A stretch of DNA of 32,000 bases. It comes from Cylindrospermopsis raciborskii Cr2010. GTDB taxonomy: Bacteria; Cyanobacteriota; Cyanobacteriia; Cyanobacteriales; Nostocaceae. The position numbers were made by a program, and so were the translations under genes. Positions 9,549-17,625 of this stretch are shown piece after piece. The stretch lies in assembly GCF_003367075.2 (NCBI RefSeq), contig NZ_CP065936.1, positions 2,130,001-2,162,000 of the forward strand. Reading direction: 5' to 3'. Position 1 is the first letter of the stretch. The number at the start of each line of letters is the position of its first letter. Below the pieces are notes generated by a model. The model had not been told where the DNA came from and did not search any database. It was given only the letters and a program-made list of their open reading frames with translations.

Positions 9549-10310
9549 ATGGTTTATTTAATCAAGTTTAATTCTAAAACGGATAGCTCTCAGCCCCATT
9601 CAGAGCCACAGTTACGTTTATTTTGTTTGCCCTATGCTGGTGCCCGTGCGAGCGTATTTTATCAATGGTCTAAAAATTTACCTTCTACTGTGGAAGTACG
9701 TGGTGTAGAATTACCTGGAAGAGGGAGAGTAAAATATCCTCCCTACAGAAAAATGGAACTTTTGGTCCGAGCAATAGCTGAGCATATTTTGCCATTGTTG
9801 GATAGGCCTTTTGCTATTTTTGGTCATAGCATGGGAGGATTAGTTGGTTTTGAATTGGCTCGGTTATTGCGCTCAGAATATGCTCTGGAATATAAAACCC
9901 TATTACATCTATTTATATCAGCTCGTAATGCACCCCAAAATCACAGTAGGGACGAGGGGATTTATCATCTACCTGATGGGGAGTTTTTGGAGAAAATTGC
10001 TAAGTATAATGGCACCCCTGACGAAATACTCAAGAACCCAGAAATGAGGGAATTATTTTTGCCTATTCTCCGGGCTGATTTTGAGGTTTTAGACACTTAT
10101 ATCTATAAAGTTGAACCACCTTTTGATTTTCCTATTACTGTATTTGGTGGTTCGGAGGATCCCATGGTAAATCATGATGATTTAGTCGGTTGGAAGGAAC
10201 ATACTAATAGGGAGTTTTCTTGCTATACCTTGCCAGGTAATCACTTTTTTATTCGCTCCCATCAAGAGCTGCTTCTACAATATATATCTCAAAAGTTATC
10301 CAACAACTGA
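9549..10310 (+). CDS. type II thioesterase (alpha/beta hydrolase, GrsT/TEII-like)
   Basis: 253-aa ORF. It has LFCLPYAGA near the N-terminus, the GHSMGG nucleophile elbow and the C-terminal GNHFF histidine motif, which is the classic stand-alone TEII pattern. Confidence 0.8.
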   Translation: MVYLIKFNSKTDSSQPHSEPQLRLFCLPYAGARASVFYQWSKNLPSTVEVRGVELPGRGRVKYPPYRKMELLVRAIAEHILPLLDRPFAIFGHSMGGLVGFELARLLRSEYALEYKTLLHLFISARNAPQNHSRDEGIYHLPDGEFLEKIAKYNGTPDEILKNPEMRELFLPILRADFEVLDTYIYKVEPPFDFPITVFGGSEDPMVNHDDLVGWKEHTNREFSCYTLPGNHFFIRSHQELLLQYISQKLSNN

Positions 10311-10593
10311 CATAGGATAGATTTTGGTCATTAAATTGGTGATAAAATAAGCAATCGGTTATCATGGAAGAATCATCAATCAGGTACGGCTATTTCGACT
10401 AGATAGCTATAAAACCGAACGTCTCTAATTTATTATTTTGTGTTACTGTTAGAGCAGGAAGCAAAAAGACCGTGTTTCACAAAGTTAGAGATACCAAGAA
10501 TATCCAGAAATATGCCGGTTTTGCCATTTGTTAATTGTTGAATGTGAAGCTTGAGTTTCAGCATCCACAATCCAAATCGACATTGTATAGGAG

Positions 10594-11094
10594 ATGGTTA
10601 TGGCATTAGTTCGTTGGGATCCCATCCGTGATATTGAACGTTTAGAACCCTTCCGTGATCTGGAACGCTGGGATCCCTTCCGGGAAATTGAGACCCTACA
10701 ACGACGAATGGGTCGTTTATTTGAAAGAATGTTACCCACTGATGGAGGTGAAAGAGCTGGGTTAAATTTTATCCCCGCAGCTGAACTGGAAGAAACGGAG
10801 GATGCTTTTAAACTAAAAGTGGAATTACCCGGATTGACAGCTAAGGACGTAACTGTGGAAGTAACACCCGAGGCGGTTTCTATTACTGGAGAAAGAAAAT
10901 CAGAAACTACTACTGAAAGGGAGGGTTATACTCGTTCTGAGTTTCGCTACGGTAAGTTTCAGCGAGTGATTCCATTGCCTTCAACAGTGAAAAATCAGGA
11001 AGTTAAGGCTGAATATAAGGATGGTATTCTCCGGTTGAACTTGCCTAAAACAGAACCGGAAAAACAAAGAGCTGTCAAGGTTAATCTTGGTTAG
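10594..11094 (+). CDS. hspA: Hsp20/alpha-crystallin family small heat shock protein
   Basis: 166-aa ORF with an alpha-crystallin core (PAAELEETEDAFKLKVELPG..., YKDGILRLNLPK). The likely true start is MALVRW (ATG at 10600). The N-terminus carries a triplicated WDPFR-type motif. Confidence 0.9.
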   Translation: MVMALVRWDPIRDIERLEPFRDLERWDPFREIETLQRRMGRLFERMLPTDGGERAGLNFIPAAELEETEDAFKLKVELPGLTAKDVTVEVTPEAVSITGERKSETTTEREGYTRSEFRYGKFQRVIPLPSTVKNQEVKAEYKDGILRLNLPKTEPEKQRAVKVNLG

Positions 11095-11113
11095 TTCTTG
11101 AACAATTAACTAT

Positions 11114-11147
11114 CAGAAGTCAGACAGTCATTAACTACTGACTTCTG
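11114..11147 (+). terminator. stem-loop downstream of hsp20 (terminator or stability element candidate)
   Basis: A perfect 10-bp stem (CAGAAGTCAG 11114-11123 / CTGACTTCTG 11138-11147) with a 14-nt loop lies 20 nt after the stop. No T-tract follows. Confidence 0.35.
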
Positions 11148-11665
11148 GTAGCCCAGTGGCCCGATGGTTTTTAAAAACTTGGACATGGGGTCTGATAATA
11201 GCGATCGCAGCGGAGATACGATAGATATTGATGAGTCCAGTTAATAACCTAAGAACTATTAACTTTGTGCAAAGTTTTGTACTTGTAATACAGGTAATCA
11301 GATTACATAGAATGATAAGTGAAAAACCTGAAGTTCGAGATTGACAAAGATTCACTGTTTTTGCTCAAGTAGCTTAATATTAAAAGAGCAATATCAAAAT
11401 AGGGTGTATTGACATTAGTTAAATATTGGATATTTTAGAGAGCTTATTTATACAGTCTAATCAATTTTATAGCCCTAGCCACTTGTAAGGGGGGGAGGCG
11501 AGCCAGAACCCTTACCCAGCAACCATAAACCCTGTCCTAATCCCCCCTGGATAAAGCTATATTTTAAGGATTTCAAAAAAACTTGTGGAAAAACAAACAC
11601 TGAAATAACTTTGTTTGCTTGAATAGCTATATTAAGAGTACTGAACAATTCAACGTTTCTTATTT

Positions 11666-11911
11666 ATGGCTACCAAAATTATCCAAGTGAGAGAATATAC
11701 TGTCAGAGCCCATCAAAGACAGATTCATACCCGAATTTTTAACTTTGTCTGTAAGGAGTGTAATCAAACAACAAAACGGGAAACTTTTGGACCAAGACCT
11801 CTCTACTGTGAAACTTGTCGCCCTCCACAACCACCAAAAAAATCCCTTGGTAATTCCAAAAAAGCAAAACCCCGTGTTATGAATTATGAAAGCGATGTCA
11901 CCCTAGAATGA
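11666..11911 (+). CDS. small zinc-ribbon-like hypothetical protein
   Basis: 81-aa ORF with CKEC...(16)...CETC, i.e. two CxxC pairs, and a basic tail. It ends 10 nt before the next ORF on the same strand. Confidence 0.5.
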   Translation: MATKIIQVREYTVRAHQRQIHTRIFNFVCKECNQTTKRETFGPRPLYCETCRPPQPPKKSLGNSKKAKPRVMNYESDVTLE

Positions 11912-11921
11912 TTGCAGTAAT

Positions 11922-12926
11922 ATGACCTCTCCAGAACAATTAAAACCTCCCTCAGAAGCATTTATTAATCCATTGCTAGAATTACGAAACTACTATGCCA
12001 GTTTGGTACAGAAGTACCAGAAATTATTTATTGAAGCGCGATCGCAATTGGATCACGTGGAAGCTTTATTATCTTCATGGTCCTATTCTGAAGATCATGA
12101 ACCTATTTCAGAGTTAGAAGAAGACCAAGTCGGTTCCCAGCTATTTTTAGCATCGAATCACCAATCCACTTTAGAGTCATTCACATCTAAGAGTCTGGAA
12201 CATAAGAACTTAGACCTGGAGGAAAAGGAAGTATCTCCCGAAACCCTTGAGCCAATTACAGATGCAATAGACGCAACGGTTATTCCCCCTTCAGAGGAAA
12301 CCCACAAGTCCTTTGAGAAAGGGGAGGAAGTTCCTATGATCGCTCAGTACAAATCTCTAAATAGAATGGAAGCTTTAAGACTTTTTTTCGATGAGCACGC
12401 TGGAACTGCTTGTCATATAGATTTCATTTTGCGATCGCTCTATGGCAATTTGGAACCTGCAGTTTTGAGAATTGTTAAGGGTAGACTCCAATCTTCTTTA
12501 ACCCAGGGTAGGGAAAAGGGTGATTGGTATGCGGTTCCTAATGAACCTGGTTGTTACACTTTGGCACTAAATCTATTGGACTATAGCCGTCCTAGTTCAT
12601 CTTCAGCAAGTCATGCCAAAAAGAAAAGGTCTGTTACCACAAGCACATCACCCAGCACCATCATACCGCTGCTGAAACAGTTTGAGGGTCAGTTTCTCGT
12701 TGATGCTATCAGTTTGTTCTTAGAACAACATCGAGGTCAGATCTTTACTGTAAATGAAGTGATCCAGGGAATTTATGGTAACCTTGACGATCAGCAAATT
12801 GCCCGGATCAAAAATAAGACTCTCAACGAATTATCCAGAGGTCATCGCACGGGTAGATTTTCTAGGGTTCCCAATCAAGTTGGTTTTTACACCTGGAATG
12901 CCAACCTACTTCCTAGGGATATTTAG
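11922..12926 (+). CDS. hypothetical protein with acidic linker and two tandem copies of a ~70-aa module
   Basis: 334-aa ORF. Residues 149-219 and 260-330 align clearly (LF..(E/Q)H.G...........(L/I)YGNL...........L..G...G....VPN..G.YT...NLL). Confidence 0.6.
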   Translation: MTSPEQLKPPSEAFINPLLELRNYYASLVQKYQKLFIEARSQLDHVEALLSSWSYSEDHEPISELEEDQVGSQLFLASNHQSTLESFTSKSLEHKNLDLEEKEVSPETLEPITDAIDATVIPPSEETHKSFEKGEEVPMIAQYKSLNRMEALRLFFDEHAGTACHIDFILRSLYGNLEPAVLRIVKGRLQSSLTQGREKGDWYAVPNEPGCYTLALNLLDYSRPSSSSASHAKKKRSVTTSTSPSTIIPLLKQFEGQFLVDAISLFLEQHRGQIFTVNEVIQGIYGNLDDQQIARIKNKTLNELSRGHRTGRFSRVPNQVGFYTWNANLLPRDI

Positions 12927-12961
12927 AGCTTGCTGTAACAAGACACCTCCTGATCCAACAC

Positions 12962-14473
12962 CTATTTAGAGATGTCATACCCAAATAGATTGGGGTTGAC
13001 CTCTCCTAAATTTAATTTGGCTAACCCGTATTCTGCCCAGCGTCTATCTACTAAAGCAGCAATATTAGGATCAGATTCTAAAGCTTCTCCCCATTCGTGT
13101 TCAGTTTCTGGAGGAATTTTGGTAGTCGCGTCTATCCCCATTCTACCACCTAGTCCTAGTTTCTCACTGGCAAAGTCCAGAGTATCAAAGGGTGTATTGG
13201 GCAATATAAATACGTCCCTAGATGGATCAACTTTAGAACTAATTGCCCAAACCACTTGACGTGGATCCCGAATATTGATATTCTTATCCACAATAATCAC
13301 AAACTTCGTGTATGTGAATTGGGGTAAGGCACTCCAAAATGCTAAAGCTGCTCTTCTCGCTTGTCCTGGGTAGGCCTTGTCTATGGAAATAATCGCCGCC
13401 TTATAACTCAAGGCCTCCATAGGGAGGAAGAAATCAACTATTTCCGACACCTGTTGCCTTAAAATGGGCGTGTAAATGCGATTCAGGGCGATGGCCATCA
13501 TGGCCTCCTCTTTGGGCGGACGACCGCTAAAAGTGGTCAAATAAATCGGTTCCCGACGGTGCGTCATGCACCCAAACCTAATTAAGGGGGAATCCTCCAC
13601 ACCACCATAATACCCCATGTGATCACCAAAGGGTCCATCAGGTAACACCTCCCCAGGAGTGATAGTACCCTCTAACACAAATTCAGAATCCGCAGGTACT
13701 TCCAGATCCACTGTCTTACACTTGGCTAATGGCACTCCAGAACCCCCGTATAACCCTGCAAACAACCACTCCGATAAGTCCACAGGAATAGGAGTAGCTG
13801 CTGCCATAATTATTAGGGGATCCACACCTAGGGCAATAGCTACTTCCAACTTTTTGCCTCGTTCAGCAGCTTTACGTAAGTGTCTAGCTCCACCCCGAAC
13901 TGATAACCAGTGTACGGTCATGGTCTGGGCGGACTGTAGTTGTAAACGATACACACCTACATTAGGAGTACCGGTGACACAATCCTTAGTAATTACCAAT
14001 CCCAAAGTAATAATCTTACCGGCATCTCCGGGATAAGGACGTATCAAAGGTAACTTATTTAAATTTAAATCTTCACCTTCCACAACCACTTGTTGACAAG
14101 GGGGGAAAAAATCCCTTCCTGGTTTGGCCTTAAGAACATCAAACAGCACCTTACCAAAATCTATAGCTTGGGAAAGATTTTTAGGAGGTTTAGGTTGTTG
14201 AAGCATGCTTAACTTTTTCCCCAAAGTTTCCAATTCCTCTGGGTGTTGCATATTCATAGCCCAGCAAATTCGCTCCACAGTGCCCATCAAATTTACTGCT
14301 ACGGGGAAAGAAGCACCCTTGACATTTTCAAATAATAGACCTGGTCCTCCTTTTTGCAGCATGCGGTTAGCAATTTCTGCGATCTCCATATCTGGGTTAA
14401 CCAATGCGGAAATCCGCTTTAATTGTCCTCTTTCTTCCAGAATTTTTATAAATCCCCGTAAATCTCGCGCCAT
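12962..14473 (-). CDS. ubiD: UbiD family decarboxylase (prenylated-FMN dependent; quinone biosynthesis type)
   Basis: 503-aa ORF. The N-terminus MARDLRGFIKILEERGQLKRI and the overall length and pattern are typical of UbiD / 4-hydroxy-3-polyprenylbenzoate decarboxylase homologues. Confidence 0.88.
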   Translation of the reverse strand: MARDLRGFIKILEERGQLKRISALVNPDMEIAEIANRMLQKGGPGLLFENVKGASFPVAVNLMGTVERICWAMNMQHPEELETLGKKLSMLQQPKPPKNLSQAIDFGKVLFDVLKAKPGRDFFPPCQQVVVEGEDLNLNKLPLIRPYPGDAGKIITLGLVITKDCVTGTPNVGVYRLQLQSAQTMTVHWLSVRGGARHLRKAAERGKKLEVAIALGVDPLIIMAAATPIPVDLSEWLFAGLYGGSGVPLAKCKTVDLEVPADSEFVLEGTITPGEVLPDGPFGDHMGYYGGVEDSPLIRFGCMTHRREPIYLTTFSGRPPKEEAMMAIALNRIYTPILRQQVSEIVDFFLPMEALSYKAAIISIDKAYPGQARRAALAFWSALPQFTYTKFVIIVDKNINIRDPRQVVWAISSKVDPSRDVFILPNTPFDTLDFASEKLGLGGRMGIDATTKIPPETEHEWGEALESDPNIAALVDRRWAEYGLAKLNLGEVNPNLFGYDISK

Positions 14474-14572
14474 ATTCCCAACAGTTAAGAAATGTAAATT
14501 ATTCTTAATATTATAGCTTTAGCCAGAACGCTATAGACAGGGTTGATGAGTAAAAGTGGGGTGACCACAAGT

Positions 14573-14590
14573 CCCCCGATAAATCGGGGG
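14573..14590. other. short GC hairpin between convergent/tandem genes
   Basis: CCCCCG-ATAAAT-CGGGGG lies 9 nt downstream of the stop of the 14599-15447 minus-strand ORF. A T-rich run is present only on the plus-strand side. Confidence 0.35.
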
Positions 14591-14598
14591 TTGTTGGA

Positions 14599-15447
14599 TT
14601 ATTGAATATGGCAGTATTCCTGAGTAGGAGTAACGGAAACCACTTCCACTTCGACGGGGTTTTCCGCTGTTGGGTTAATAATAAACTCGCTAGGACCCAC
14701 ATGTGGTTTTTGAGGATTACCCCAATCGTATGTATAACCTAGACCCGACCAAGGATAATATTCCTTTTTAGCATTGGTGTAGGAATTGGTATAGATTGCC
14801 TTGATTACAGGACTATTATCAGGTACTGGTAGGGGTAAAAGATGACAACTGGTATCGTTAATTTCCTGATCAATACATGGTCGAATTAAATCTTCTGCTT
14901 TCACCCACATTTCCACAAAATGAGTTTTACTGGAATACTTATTTAAAACCAGTCCCAAATACTGTTGTAGTCTGAGAGAAAGCTCAATATTGTCTGGGAT
15001 AGGTGGTTCTGTGGCTTGATATTTCTGACAAAACTCCTTCACCTGAGGTACTGCTGTAAACCAGGTTTGATACGTCAGTTGTTTTTTAGCTCCTACTGGC
15101 CAATCCACAGCGGGATTAGCTACATATCTCCAACTAGACATGAGATATTCGATTTTACCATTATTCTCCCTCCATTTAATTGGAGGATTATTGGGGGATA
15201 GGGCCCACAGATCACTAACCACTTCCTCCGCGAGGGGTTGTTTTGCGTCTTCAATCGCACCATCTAATTGTTTTTTCAAGAGATTATAAGTTTCTGGTTG
15301 GTATTGCAGGAGATATTCATAAACATTAGTGGGCGTTGCAGTTTGAGCCAATACTCCTGGTTGCCATCCGAAAACTAACAAAGCAAAGAGAATTAAACCC
15401 GTCAAAAATACTTGTTGCCAATTTTTCCTATTGAACTGTTTTTTCAT
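14599..15447 (-). CDS. secreted hypothetical protein
   Basis: 282-aa ORF with an N-terminal signal-peptide-like segment (KKQFNRKNWQQVFLTGLILFALLVFGWQPGVLAQ). I recognise no family. Confidence 0.6.
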   Translation of the reverse strand: MKKQFNRKNWQQVFLTGLILFALLVFGWQPGVLAQTATPTNVYEYLLQYQPETYNLLKKQLDGAIEDAKQPLAEEVVSDLWALSPNNPPIKWRENNGKIEYLMSSWRYVANPAVDWPVGAKKQLTYQTWFTAVPQVKEFCQKYQATEPPIPDNIELSLRLQQYLGLVLNKYSSKTHFVEMWVKAEDLIRPCIDQEINDTSCHLLPLPVPDNSPVIKAIYTNSYTNAKKEYYPWSGLGYTYDWGNPQKPHVGPSEFIINPTAENPVEVEVVSVTPTQEYCHIQ

Positions 15448-15532
15448 AAGTGAGCGATTAGATCAATTCCATCTACAGATTGTATATTTAACCTTGAGAC
15501 TGACACCAATAGTGTCTTTATTTTTTTAACAT

Positions 15533-16660
15533 TTACATATCTTTCTGCAGTGAAAATACTGGGTAATCAGTATAACCTTTTTCTCCGCCTCCATAAAAAG
15601 TTGCTCGTTCGTAGGGAGTTAGGGGGTGGTTTTCTCTCAAACGTTCAACTAAATCAGGATTAGAAATATAGAACCTGCCAAAAGCTACTGCATCAGTTTT
15701 ATGCTCCGCAATTGCCAATAGAGCTTCTGCACGATTATACCCGCCCGACGATATTAGCTTTGTACCTAGGGAACCAGCTTGGATAATTGGACCAAATAGA
15801 ACAGCGGTGCTGGGCGCACTTTCATCGGTTTTATCACTACCACCAGCACTGGTAGAACGTGGTTCAATCAAATGAATATAAGCAAGACCCACATTGCAAA
15901 TCCCTTCAACAACATAGCGGAAAAGATTTACAGGATCGCTGTCCTTCATATCGTTGAAAGTGCCATAGGGAGATAGACGGACCCCCACCCTACCCTTACC
16001 CCAGATTTTGACACATCTTTCAATCACCTGAAAAAGTAATCTAGCTCTATTTTCCACCGACCCACCATACATATCCACGCGTTGATTACTGCCATCTTGG
16101 AGGAACTGATCAAGTAAGTAACCATTAGCACCATGAATTTCCACACCATCAAAACCTGCTTGTTGAGCGTGCTGAGCAGCAAGCTCATATTGATTCAAAA
16201 GATGGGCAATTTGAGTGGCACTGAGAGAGCGAGGTGTTTCAAAAGGAACTTGCTTACCACTACTAGTTAAAGTATTACCTTGGGGAGTAATAGAGGAAGG
16301 TGCCCAGGGAGCTTGACCATCGGGTTGGAAAGAAGAGTGGGAAATTCTGCCCACATGCCATAATTGGAGGAAGATTCTTCCCCCCCTTTCATGAACAGCT
16401 TGTGTTACCAGCGACCAGCCATTAATCTGTTCAGGACTGTGGATTCCAGGAGTAGCAGGGTATCCTTGACCTTCGGGGATGATCTGAGTTGCTTCGCTGA
16501 TTATCAGACCTGCACTAGCTCGTTGTTGATAGTAGGTTGCATTTAGTGCAGTGGGGATGTTACCTGGTTGGTGACTGCGCATCCTGGTTAGCGGAGCCAT
16601 AATTATCCGATTAGGGATATTTAGTTCACCCAGGGTGAGGGAATCGAAAAGACTGGTCAT
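15533..16660 (-). CDS. Old Yellow Enzyme family NAD(P)H:flavin oxidoreductase / alkene reductase
   Basis: 375-aa ORF with PNRIIMAPLTR, LWHVGR and HGANGYLLDQFL motifs, characteristic of OYE/NemA-like enzymes. Confidence 0.9.
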   Translation of the reverse strand: MTSLFDSLTLGELNIPNRIIMAPLTRMRSHQPGNIPTALNATYYQQRASAGLIISEATQIIPEGQGYPATPGIHSPEQINGWSLVTQAVHERGGRIFLQLWHVGRISHSSFQPDGQAPWAPSSITPQGNTLTSSGKQVPFETPRSLSATQIAHLLNQYELAAQHAQQAGFDGVEIHGANGYLLDQFLQDGSNQRVDMYGGSVENRARLLFQVIERCVKIWGKGRVGVRLSPYGTFNDMKDSDPVNLFRYVVEGICNVGLAYIHLIEPRSTSAGGSDKTDESAPSTAVLFGPIIQAGSLGTKLISSGGYNRAEALLAIAEHKTDAVAFGRFYISNPDLVERLRENHPLTPYERATFYGGGEKGYTDYPVFSLQKDM

Positions 16661-16873
16661 AATTGCTGCTTAAAAGATTAACTTGTTTCTCAATACCTTA
16701 CAAAGTCCTGAAACCGCTTTCAACCCAATAAAATCCTAAGGATATCAATAGGGTTTCAGACATATTTGGCAAAATTGGCAATAGTATTCCTGCTAGACTA
16801 GTATATAATCTATATAATCAACCAGCACAATAAATGTTTCTGGATCTTCATCCTGGAGTTATACTAGAAGATC

Positions 16874-17611
16874 ATGGCTACCTTGACTGAACTACCCAAA
16901 ACCCTAGAAGAAGCAATTGCCCAATCCCGTGCAGCGGTAAGATCGGCTTTGTCTGATGGTAAAACGCGAATACAGGTAGAGTTGCTTTTCCCAGAACTGC
17001 AATTTATGCCAGTCGCTGAACAATTTCTCCCCCTATTTACCGAATATGAATCTCGTCTCAAGGTGTTTTTTGCTGATGCGGGTGCTGCTGCTTTAGCTCG
17101 TCGAGATTGGGGTGATATACCCTTCAAAATTATGGATATCGGTACGGGAAGAGCTGCTTCTTCAGAATCAAAAATTCAACCAGAGGATGAAATTTTCTTG
17201 TTTATAGCTCCCACATCAGTGGAAGTAGCTCAATTGGAAAAACTCTGTCAAATTATCGGTGAACGTCCTTTTGTGATGTTAAATCCTCGGTTGGAAGACT
17301 CTAGTGTGGTGGGTATTGGTTATGCTGCACGGGAAACCCGCAGGCGTTTTATTAGTACCATTGAATCTTGCTATTATCTACGTCCTATTGATGAACAAAG
17401 CGCCCTCATGCGTTCCTATCCTGGAAACTGGGAAATATGGTTGGAAACCGATGGTGAGTACCAGAAAATTGCTGAACTACCTCAAAAACCTTCTGGAGAT
17501 GAGATAGACTCAATTTTAATCAAGGGACAACCAGAAACCGGGATCACAGCAAGCAAAAAGCCTACTGTGTTTAAAAGCTTACAAAGATTCATTAAGGCTT
17601 TAAGTAGTTAG
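16874..17611 (+). CDS. DUF1995-like conserved cyanobacterial/plastid protein
   Basis: 245-aa ORF. The pattern (LP.TLEEA..Q...A...AL..G..R..VEL) recalls DUF1995 proteins. The assignment is from memory only. Confidence 0.6.
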   Translation: MATLTELPKTLEEAIAQSRAAVRSALSDGKTRIQVELLFPELQFMPVAEQFLPLFTEYESRLKVFFADAGAAALARRDWGDIPFKIMDIGTGRAASSESKIQPEDEIFLFIAPTSVEVAQLEKLCQIIGERPFVMLNPRLEDSSVVGIGYAARETRRRFISTIESCYYLRPIDEQSALMRSYPGNWEIWLETDGEYQKIAELPQKPSGDEIDSILIKGQPETGITASKKPTVFKSLQRFIKALSS

Positions 17612-17625
17612 TACGCAAAGCTTAA

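Noticed and set aside
10311-10593. RNA thermometer or heat-shock operator (CIRCE-like) upstream of hsp20
   Set aside because: Cyanobacterial hsp17 leaders are known to contain thermometers. Here I could not find a convincing anti-SD pairing or a CIRCE inverted repeat, so there is no sequence support.
10485-10739. 84-aa minus-strand ORF with a striking repeated SQRSRSRKGSKRSISRMGSQR sequence
   Set aside because: It is the antisense shadow of the triplicated 27-nt repeat at the 5' end of the hsp20 gene. It overlaps a well-supported CDS and has no independent support.
11131-11355. 74-aa ORF in the hsp20 downstream intergenic region
   Set aside because: It has no recognisable motif and a Cys/Ile/Leu-rich, low-complexity-like composition. 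It overlaps the stem-loop after hsp20, and I see nothing to support coding.
11466-14540. Similarity between TTATAGCCCTAGCCA (11466-) and TTATAGCTTTAGCCA (14512-), plus a shared AGCCAGAAC, suggesting a small repeated intergenic element
   Set aside because: Only ~15/17 and a 9-mer match, with no extended alignment. Matches of this size are expected by chance in 32 kb of AT-biased sequence.
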